Assembly: GCA_001179505.1 (NCBI GenBank) | Contig: CDMY01000546.1 | Span: forward strand, 1-53,824 | Reading direction: 5' to 3' | DNA from: Vitrella brassicaformis CCMP3155 | Lineage: Eukaryota > Protista > Chromerida | Length of the DNA stretch: 53,824 nt | Part shown: positions 33,776 through 44,200 of the stretch, piece after piece | Position numbering within the stretch: the first letter of the stretch is position 1 | Layout of the letters: each line of letters begins with the position of its first letter | The notes under the pieces: model-generated | Database searches by the model: none | What the model was told of the DNA's origin: nothing | What the model saw: the letters and a program-made list of their open reading frames with translations, nothing else | Position numbers and translations under genes: made by a program

Positions 33776-36700
33776 TGGAGGTGCTGACGACTGTGCGCGT
33801 CTGTGTATGTGTGTATCGTCCGTCGCCTACAGTTGTCCCTGTCCTTGTGGTGCTCAAGGATGGGCTGGCAGATGTCCCGCAGCCTCTGGGTGCGCTCATG
33901 CTCCTTGTCGAGGGTCGCCTGGTTCTTGGCGCGGTAGAACTCGGCGAAGATCGCCCGAAAGGCCGCGTGGAAGGGGTAGTGCAGACGGTGCTGTTCCCTC
34001 CACTCACGGTCGTACTGCGCCGCATTGGCCAAACCCTGCCACACGCACACGCACACAACGGGGAGACACACAGAACCGATTTGTGTGCGTCTCTCGGTTG
34101 TGTGTGTGAGGGTCGAAATCTACCTCTGCCGATAGCGAGAGGTACTCTGCGAACCACTGTAGCGGCAGCATTCCCTGGATCAACTGACGGACACACCACA
34201 CCACACCACACCAAACCACACCACACCACACCACGTGTGTGTGTGAGTGTGTGTGTGTTGGTTGGGTGTTTGTTTACATACCGCATTGAGATAGCAGTAG
34301 TTCTTGATGTTTTCGAGGCCGCGGGGCTGCCACAGTGGCTCGCCATCGGGCAGCGCCTCGTCTTCATCCTACACACACACAGACACAACACAAGCGACGG
34401 GCGGATGGATGGATTGTGAGTGCATCGCTGCATGCCGGCTGTTTGCCTCACTCACTGACCCGTTTGAGGATGAGCAGCTCCTTCTCGTATTCGAGGATCT
34501 TGGACGATACCGTGGCCAGGTGCGGAAGCCAATGAGGGTTACAATCAACCGCCGCACTAGAGCGGCGCCGAACATATTGCTCAAACTGACCACACACACA
34601 CACACAGACAGAGCCAATACAGATGACACTCGGCGCCACAGACACACACCTGCCCCGCCAGAACTCACCAAGTGCACGCGCAGCCTCTCGTGGGGCTTGA
34701 GGTCGCGCAGTTCCATGGTGCGGGCATCCTTGAGGGCGAAGTAGAGGCCTCGTGTGATGACGCTGAACTGCCCCCCTCTCGCCATCAAGTTGCACTTGAG
34801 GCTGTCCGTCATCCAGTTGGTCGACAGCAGCCGCGGCTTCTTGGCGAACTCCATGTCGGCACGGCCCTCCCCGCCCCTCCCCCCTGCGGCGCCAGGGGCC
34901 ACCACGGCCGAGGGCGTGCCGGGGGGCGGACCCCAGACGGACCCAGATGACGTCGACTTGGGCGGCGGGGGCGAGGGACCGGGCAGAGACGAAGGCTTGA
35001 TGAGCGGCATTTGCGGCTGCACCACGCTGCCATCGCCGTACCCGTCCACGCGAATCATCCCGTGCGGCACAGTGTGACCGCTCGCACCGGTGGTCCAGGC
35101 CTCCTCCAACTCGTGAGATGAAGTCCCCGCATCGCCCCCCTGCTGCCGTCCAGTGGCGATGCCCCTGCCCGCGCCACGCCTGTCACCCATGCGGCCTGCT
35201 GGCGGCGGAAGGACCTTGAGCTCAGCGGGCATCGGTGGGGCGGGGTATGGCCCGGCCGGCTTGGGGTCCACACGCAGGATTTGGGGGGGCGGGTGCGATG
35301 GGGCGACGACCGACGAGGCCGGTGTGCTGACGGGGGGTGTGAGGGAGGGCTCCGGTCGGTCATCTCTCTCTCTGGAATGCCTCACGACTCGCACGAAGAA
35401 GTGACAGAGTGGCGAGAGTTGTGGGAAGTCGTAGAGCTCGAGCTTGAACCACTTGGCCTTGCGGCCGTTCCAGTCGAGCTTGACCACGATGTTGTCCCAC
35501 GTGTGCGGCACCCCGTCCCTCGCCTCGGCCACGTCCTTGTCCTCGGCCGCCTCACACGCCGTCGCCACCGCCTCAGCCAAACCCTGCATGAACCGCTCGT
35601 CGTCTCCACTCACATACGTCAACAGGGCGCTGGGGGCCGACACAGATGAGGAGGAGGAGGAGGACGCAGCAGCAGCGGCGATGGCGGCCTGGCTGGTCTT
35701 GCGTGCCTTGTTGTGGTCCTCACAGGCCCTCTTGATGCGCGAGAGGTACCAGCTGACGACCGACCGCTTGATGTGGACGCCGCCCTCGGGGCTCTTGGTG
35801 TTGTCGAGCAGGCGGGGGTGCTGGATGAACCAGATGTCGGTGTCGTCGTCTGCGTCGCTGTCGGAGCACCGCCCGCCGTACTTGGTCACCGGCCGGGGCG
35901 ACGAGGCACAGGAGCCGGGCGGCACCTCCTCTCTCGGCGGCGCCTCACGCGCCGGTCTGGCCCTCGACTTGTCCCTCTTGTCCTCCTTGCCACCCGCTTC
36001 GGGCTTGGGCTTGGGGCGATGGACGAAGCGGCTGAGCTGCTCGCTCTCGCTTATGTCGTCCTCCTCCTCGTTGTCTTGCTCGTCATTGTCCTTGTCGGAC
36101 GCACCCTGGTCGCCCTCGACCTCCTCGGGTGGCGGGGCCGCAGCGGCCGCTGCTGCCTGGCGTCGCTTGTTCTCCTCCTCCTTCTCCTTCTGCTTGCGGG
36201 CCTTGCGGGCCTTCCTGTCCTTCTTGGTCTCCTCGTCGGACAGCTCGACGCCGAGTGCCTTCTGGGCCTCGCGGGCTCGCAGCTCGGCCGCCTGCTGCTT
36301 CTCCCTCACGGCCTGTTCATCCTTGGCGTGGTCGCCCCTGCCCTTGTCCTTCTCGGCCTTGCGCTGCTTCTTCTTCTGGGCCTTCTCGTGCTTCTCGCGC
36401 AGCTCCTCACGCTTGACCTCTGAGCGGTTCTTGGCCTTGGACTCCTCACGAGACTCCTCGGGCGACACGCCCATGGCGATCTTCGCCAACACCTCTGAAC
36501 ACACGAACCAACGAACAACGAGGGAGGGAGGGGAGGGACACCGCACAGCCATACATCCATCGTGTTGTGCCGTATTGTGGTGTGGGTGGGGCTGCGTGGC
36601 GTGGTGGAGGGGCGGGTGGGTACCCACCGGTGTCCTTTGTGAGTGAGCCCTTCTCAGAGGTGAGCCTGTTGATTCCCTCGGTGGCTTTCTGTATCTTGTC

Positions 36701-39700
36701 GTCGAGGTCGGCGATGCTGGCGGCGCTCAAGCCCTTCTTGGCCCGATCTCTCTTGAGTCTGTTGAGTTGCTCCTGCGCAGCCGGCAGCAGCTTCTCGATG
36801 ACTTCAAGCCTCTTCTTCTTGATCTCCAACTCTTTCACACGATGCGATTGGTCGTCCTGCAGCACAACGACAGACAGACAGACAGACAGACACTCATTGG
36901 TGGATGGGCTGTGTGTGTGTTGTGTGGTGCACACCATTCGTCTGTTGTCGTCCGAGTGGTCGTCGCCCATGTCGCTGCCGCCGACCATCAACTGCCAGGT
37001 CCTCTCGCCACCACCGCCACACTCCCTTGCCTGATCCTGGAAATCCTGAACACACACACACACACACACACGACACACGACACGTGAGCGATGCGCGTGA
37101 TGCCCTGCCCCCCCTCTGTGCAAACATGTCTGTCTGTCTGTGTGTGTGTGTGTGTGTCTGTCTGTCTTTCTTTCTTTCTTTCTTTCTCAGTGGCTGGCTC
37201 ACTGACTGACCATATGGAGTATTTTGTTGATGATGAGTTTGACGAGTGTGAGGAGGATCTTCTTGGTCTCGACCTTGGAGCGGCCGAAGGGCAGCTTCTT
37301 CTTGCGCCACTTCTCGCCCTTGCACTTGAGGGCGTCCTCCGCCCACTCCTCGAACTGCCGGCGGCCGCTCTCCTCGTCCTGGGCGCTGGGCTCCTTGGGG
37401 GCCGTCCCCGTCGCATTGAGAAACATGTCGACGTTGCCCTTCCCCATGTCGGCAATGACGCGACGCAAGTGCAAGTTGATGATGCGGCTCCAGTTCTGCT
37501 CGGCCCGTTGGCGCGCCTCCCGCACGCGCTGCTTCATGATCTCGGTGGCAGCCTCGATGGCCTCGGGCATGTTCCACTGTTGGTCGATGTAGTTGGTGGC
37601 GTGGTGGCAGATGGTCTTGATGAGCTCGCTGTCCTCCTGCTCGACCATCATGCGATCCACGACCTGCCCAAGGTCCTCAAGGTACTGCCGCTCCTCCTCC
37701 TTGGCCGCCTGCTCCTTCCGGCTCGTCTTGGTCTTGCGGCTGCTCAGCACCTCGCTCTCCTCATCGGCCTCTTCACGCTCCTTGTCCTTGTCCTTGTCAT
37801 CATCCTCGCCACGAACGACCGCAGACGACGCCGCCCCCCTCCCGCCGCTGCCGTTCCTCCTGCCGTCCTGCGTGCGTTTCTCGTGGTAGTTGGCGACGAG
37901 GCGCTTGACGTGGTCGTGGAGCTGCACCTGCTGGTTGTGCGCCCGCTCCATGTGCAGGCGGTTGTTGAACGCCTCGGGGTGGAAGCGCCGCATGGAGGCC
38001 TCCAGCGTGATGCACTGCCGGATCCGACGCGCACCCTCAGCGTCGTCCTCGGAGTCGTTGACGGCCTCGCGCATGTCCGGGTGGAGATGGATGTGGCGAT
38101 TGAGGCTGCGGAGGTGGTCACGGTGAGGGGGCAGGCGGCCGTCCCGGTCACGCAGGTTCAGGAAGTCCTCAAGTCCATCGTCATCATCGCTCTCCGTGTC
38201 GTCCCCTCCGTCCCCGTTCTCATCATCATCAGAATAGTGGGGGGAATCGTCGGGGCGCCTCTCGGGCTGCCGCCGCCCGCTGGGGGGACGGGCCTCATTC
38301 TCTGTCTCGGGGACCGTCGACGTCTCGTCCGGGGCGTCGGCGGCGTCGTGGTACTCGTTGTTGTCATTCTCGAAATCGTCGAAGGCGTCATCGAAGGGGT
38401 CATGGAACTCCTCGCCAACGCCAACGCCAACGCCACCGCCACCACCCACACCCGACCGGCGCTGCCCTGCGCGGTCTGGCCGACTGCCCAACACCCCGCC
38501 GCCCATCGAGGGCAGGAAGTTGCCCACCGATGTGTAGGGTGCTGCACGGGGGTAGATGGTGGGGGGTGCGGGAGGGACAGGCCGTGTGGGGATGGGGTGA
38601 GGGAAGGCAGGCAGGCCCGGTGCTCTCGTCGACCCCAACAGAGGGTCCATCCCCGATTGGCTGTCGGGAGTGTCGTTGACCTCATCCTCAGGGTGCCAAT
38701 CTGGACCATACAGATCCTCGGGGGGGCCGTCCAGACGCGACAGTGACTCGTTCGCTTCTGGAGGCCTGATCCTCGCCGAATGGATCATGGTGTCCACCAG
38801 CCGTGGAATATCCCTATCCGAATGGATCATGGTGTCCACGAACCGTGGAAGATCCCTCTGCGGGTTCCCGTGCATGAGCGCCGCTTGGAGGGTTCCCCTC
38901 GGCCGGTCTACCAGCTGGGCCGCAAAGCGAATGAGTTCTTCCGCGGTTTCAGGATCAATGGCCCGAGCAGCCTCCGAGGCCTCCCTCCTGTCCCTCCCCC
39001 GCCTCTCGTCAGACCGGTCGCGACGAGTGCCATCAGCACGACCCGTACGCTCGCCCACGAGACTCCCATTTTGAGCTGTGGGTGATGCCCTCTGAGCTCC
39101 TGTGGGTGATGCGCCCGTATCCCCGCCAGCAGGTGAGCCAGGAGGGGGCTGGGCCGGACGCCCCAACAGGAGGGGGATGTGGGGGGCAGACTCCTCCTCC
39201 TCCTCCGCCGTTGAAGACTCAACTGGTGGCGGTGCGGCGGGCGTCTCCTGCGCAGACTTGCTGCCGCGGCCCTGAGGATGCTTGCCGTTGCTGTCCTGGC
39301 GGAGCTTGCCTCGCAGATTCATGTCGAATGAGGATGCCGCGATCGAGATGCGAGCGCCCTCGCCCCTGCGCGTCGACCCCGAGCCATTTCGCGCAGACGA
39401 GGGGGCTGCTCGATCTCCCGTTCCGTTGATCAGGCACGAGCCCGCCTCGTCGGCCTTCTTGCCTACTGCTGCCGCCCCGTCGCTGGGCCGTTTGGCGCGA
39501 CTGGAGATGCCGACATCGTCGTCAGGCTCGCTATCGAGCTCCTCACGGCCCGACATGTCATGTCTGGACGGATGGGCTGGCCCATGGTGGGCGCCGCCAC
39601 CATCCATCCCCACGACATAGACCTGCTCCGTCACGGGACCACCCCGGCTGACGGCAGGGACGTGGGCCGCCTTGTCATCCGAGGCCGGCCGCTTGGGTGC

Positions 39701-40966
39701 AAACGTATCGGCCGGTGCTGCGATGTTGTGCGAGGCCATGGCGGCCGTGATAGCCGGCGGCGACCTGTCGTCATCAGCGGCTCGATACGAGCGCTTGCCC
39801 GTCACTGCCCGGTCTGTCGGCCGCCCGGCCTCCCGCTTCAGGCCGGCCTCAGTGCTGATTGTGGATGCGGCAGGGAGGCCGCTGAGCATGCTGGAGGGGC
39901 TGGAGAGGCTGGCGCCTGAACGGGACGTGCCCTCGCCGTCAATGGTCGACAGGTGAGGTGAGACGAGCGACTCCAGCTCCTCTGAGGGGTGGCGGTGGGC
40001 CCTCGGAGGCTCCAACTGCAACAATGACTCATCTTCAGCTACAGGACCGCGCGGCCGCCCGACAGCAGGCAGCTGCGTCTCGACTACGGCACTCGACTCG
40101 ACAGGGGTCTGCTCCTCGTCCTCCTCCACTCCATCACCCTCACCCGCACCCTCTCCCGCCTCTCCTGTGGCGTCCTTCCGCTCGTTGGGCTGCTCCTCCT
40201 CGCTGGCACCGAGTGGATGCGGGGAGAGTGAGGCGCTTGCGTCTGGTGCGTGTGGTGGGGCGGGGGAGGGGGGAGTTGCCGCCTCGTTGACGGTGTCTTG
40301 TGGGGGGATGTCGTCACTGTCCGTCACGTCCATACTATCGGGTGCATCGTCAGCACGCGGCTCGCCCATTAACTCAGCTCCTCCGACCGCACCTGCACCA
40401 CACCACACCACACCACATCACAAGACACAGTCAATGTGTGACCGACGGTGTCTGCCGCACGTGTGTGTCGGTCACCCACCTTCTGAGAGGGCCATGGCGT
40501 CCGTCTGCCGCTCCTGTTCAGGATGCACCTCTTGGTCCAGCTGGTCGAGCAGAGGGAGGGCGGGCGGCGCCGGCTCACCAGTCTCAACCAATGGGGAGGA
40601 AGAGTCGGGACCAGGACCAGACCCATCACCGACACCAAACGACTCGTCCTGGTCATCGGACTCCTCCTCGTCATCCTCCTCATCTTCGTCCGCGTCGTCG
40701 CCGTCACTGCTGGTGTCCTCCTCGCCGTGTGCCCCGTCGTCGTCCGCCTCAGCCGCCACATCATCGATGCCCTCATCTTCATCCTCCTGCTGATCTTCCC
40801 TGCCATCTGTGTCTGTGTGCGCGTAGGGCTGTGGCGTCACTGTGGCATCTGGTGGCTGGGCGGGGATGTGCTCCTGCGTCTCCTCGTCGGACTCGTCGGA
40901 CGAGTCGAGGTCCTCATCGCCCTCGCCGTCCTCCGCTATCGCATCCGCATGGTCGGCGAAATGCAT
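31871..40966 (-). CDS. Giant ubiquitin-specific protease (peptidase C19), C-terminal catalytic domain after about 2,000 aa of mostly disordered sequence
   Basis: Cys box QPRGLENIKNYCYLNA (exon at about 34300-34368); QSDPQEFLLDLLNNLHKE; PEAFWTLDLAI; QILVLSLKR; His box YQLVSVVVHHGEEAHVGHFSAFVRRGHDKW|ISCDD. Upstream exons (ORFs 34369-36627, 36567-37123 region, 37199-40411, 40472-41095) splice in frame. The start Met is uncertain. Confidence 0.86.
38776..38859. repeat. 42-nt tandem duplication inside USP coding sequence
   Basis: ccgaatggatcatggtgtccaccagccgtggaatatccctat followed by ccgaatggatcatggtgtccacgaaccgtggaagatccctct. Encodes DLPRFVDTMIHSDR-DIPRLVDTMIHSAR on the minus strand. Confidence 0.9.
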
Positions 40967-41201
40967 GCCGGCAGCAAACAATACCTCAACCAGACACACT
41001 ACCTGCGCCAAGGAAGGACAGAGGAACAGCCGTGCGCATGACGTGACGCTCGTATGTGATGGCCACGGAAAATAACAACTGGCTTTGCGTACCAATCAAA
41101 CCGGCGCGGCATTCGGCTACTTCAACGTCGGGGCTCGTCGGGAGCACAACACCCTAGTAAGTTCCCCGTAAAAGTCGGTTCTGTGGGGGGTTTTGCATGT
41201 G

Positions 41202-41209
41202 AGCTCGCG
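41202..41209 (-). promoter_or_regulatory. CGCGAGCT variant motif in the divergent spacer USP/channel
   Basis: agctcgcg on the + strand (7/8 match, GCGAGCT core intact). Confidence 0.45.
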
Positions 41210-41244
41210 AAGAGGAAATCGCGTCTTATCTTTGTCCCTTTTCC

Positions 41245-44200
41245 ATGATGACTGATCATTCGGAGAGGAAAAGAGTGGGCTCGCTGAGCGGCGGCAAAAG
41301 CACGACGAAGGACGAGGAGCAGATGATGGCGACAGTGACAGTGCATGGGAAGGAGAAGACGCTTTGCCGACGCAACATCTTTCATTTGTCCATCGAGCAC
41401 CCCGTCCGCTGGTGGTCGTTGTGGCTGGTCGAGCACCCGCTGTTTGACAAGATCATTCTCTGTCTTATCGTCCTCAACTCATGCGTCATCGCCGGCGAGT
41501 TCTACATCAAGGACGAGCAGCTGCGCAAAGACATTCTGCACGGCGCCGATATCCTGTTCACGCCCATCTTCCTCACCGAGTGCCTCCTCAAGATCATGGC
41601 CTGGGGCTTCGCTTTCGCCGAGCACACCTACTTCCGAGGGGGATGGAATTGGCTCGATTTCCTGGTGGTGGTTGGCGGTCTGTTTGCCCTCTCCGACGCT
41701 GAGCGAGTCGCGCTGGCCGCCGACATATTCAGGGATCTCCGGCCGCTCAGGATTCTCAGTGCGTCAAGAGGTCGGTCGGTCGGTCAGTCAGTCAATCAGC
41801 CGCACTGTCCTCTTGTGGGTCGATGAGACATGAATCGCGTGCGTGCTGCAGGGATGCGCATGCTGGTCAACACGATGCTCTTGTCGACGCAGAAGCTCGC
41901 GAATGTGCTTGGCATGGCCCTATTCATCTTCACGATATTCGGTGTTCTCGGCATGACACTCTGGTGGGTGAGCACACACGCTCGCTCTAACAACGCCTCT
42001 CACACCAATGTGATGTGAGAGGAATTCTCTCGTTCGCCCACGCATGCTGTGCAGGGGTGGCCGGATGCACTCCCGATGCCGCCTCACCAAGAAACCCGAG
42101 TTCGACCCGAGGTGAAATTTCTGATTGACCGAAGAGACACGCGTTCGTCATTCATTCCTTGTGTGATGTGTGTTTGCAGTGACGGATGGGTGTGGGAGAT
42201 TGACGAGGATCAGGAAAGGCTGTGTGGCGGTGCGTACGAATGCGGGTAGGCCGACGGTGGAGGCAGGCAGACATGCTAACAGAAGAATCGGTGTTTCCAT
42301 CTCTTATTTATTTGTCTGTGTCTCGATGATGCCATTCATTGTCTCTATGATCAGTCTGTCGCATGAAGGAGAGGCAACATACTGCGGGTCTGCTTTCGAG
42401 CCGCCCAAGGGCACCAAGGTGGACGAGGCCTGCAGGCGGGAGGCAAGGCGATCAGAAGACCTGAACTTCGGTACACAGCGCATTCCACTCACACAAACGA
42501 GACTGACGACAGTGCCCCTGAATGGCCTGTGGCTTGCTCATCCAGGCATCACCCACTTCGACCACCTGCCAGCGGCATGGTGTGTGCGTGAGGGCGGCAA
42601 GCCGGGCTGAATGATATTCTGTTGCGTCGACGTGTTGTTGCTTATTACCCTGCAGGATCGTCATCTTTCAGACGGTCACGATGGAGGGTTGGGTGGATAT
42701 CATGTACATGCTTCAGGACTCTTACAACGACTGGGCGCCGCCCCTCTACTTCTGCGTCCTCGTCCTTTTCGGATCTTTCTTCCTGGTATGTATGAGTATG
42801 AGAAGACGAAATGGATGGATGTGAGTCTTGAGAGTGCAAGATAGATGCGCTTGTGCGCTGTTTTCGGTCATTGCTCAGCTGAATATCAGTCTTGCAGTGG
42901 TGTTCGACAGCTTTTCCAAGCGGCACGATGACCAGCTGCACCAGACGCTCATCGGCTCGCCGTCTGTCTCGCCCGCCGGCAGCCCTGTCATTGGCCAAGA
43001 TGCCCCCTCCCCACGCAGCCCAGCGACAGCCAAGGAGGCCAAGTCGGTCGCAAACGACACTCCACCCAAGCAGCAGCAGCGACAGCGTGGGAAAAGGGAA
43101 GACGAGCATCGAGAGACCGAGGTGTACGCAACACCGGATCTTCTGCCCGAGGCACAGCAGCCGGATGCCAGCCCTCTCCCGAAGGAGCTGAGGTCCGATC
43201 CACTGCACCACTCCAGCCATCCATACCGGGGCGGCAACGGGACGTCCAGCAGCAACAGCAGCGGGCTATCGCTGACCGCGGTCGTGCCTGTCGACCTCTT
43301 TGGTGACCAGGACGAGCCTGACGCGATTAGAGCGGCATCAGCAGGCCGCTCGCGGCAGCCAGCGTGGCGCAAAGACACGATTTCCTCTCCACTCCGGCAC
43401 AGGGACACACAGGGAGACCAGGACTCTATCGCTGACAACGATTCACGCGACTTCTTCGAATCTTGTCTCGAGGAGCTCTCCCCACCAGCATCAAGATCAG
43501 CGTCTCACCGACCATCGGCCATCGAGCACCTGCTCCCATCGCCACAGAGTGTGCCAACACAGCACACAACCCCTCCCTGCCGCCATCAGCTACCCGGCAG
43601 GAGCGGCAAAGCGGCCCCTCTGCCCCCGCCCGCTGAGGACGACTCCCCCACACCAGTGCGAGAGGTCGTGCTCCCGGATCGCAAGCTGGCGTTTCCCGCC
43701 TTCTCCGACAGCTTGCAGACGCCCATCGCCCTGCACGCTTCGGCCCCGCCCCCAGACGAGGAGGCGTCACAGGAAACAATGAGTGCGCAGCCGGCAACCG
43801 CGGGCCAGCTGGGGTACTCGCGCTTCATCACTTTTGCTACACAGGTAGACCAGGCCCACTGTAATACCGCCCCACACAGATGAGGCATGTGTTTGCGATG
43901 GCTGCAGGCCTTTTCGACTGACAAGCCTGAGGGCGTGGTGTGCCAGCTGGCAAACCGGCTGGTGTCGAGCTCGTGGTGGCAGGTGTTCGTTGTCTGTCTT
44001 ATCGTGCTCAACACGCTGGTCCTCATGATGGACCGGCACCCCATGTCGGAGGCCGAGGGGAAAGTCCTCTCCATCGCGCACGTGGCCTTTACTGTCGTCT
44101 TCGGTGTCGAGATGGTCCTTATGCACCTGGCACTCGGCTTCCGGAACTACTGGACAGACGGCATGAACTGTTTCGATGGCGTTGTGGTCATCGTGTCTTT

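Noticed and set aside
35444-38746. Long plus-strand ORFs 35444-36646 (400 aa) and 37091-38746 (551 aa)
   Set aside because: Antisense shadows of long GC-rich USP exons. They give Ser/Leu/Val-rich translations, have no motifs, and lack plus-strand intron polarity.
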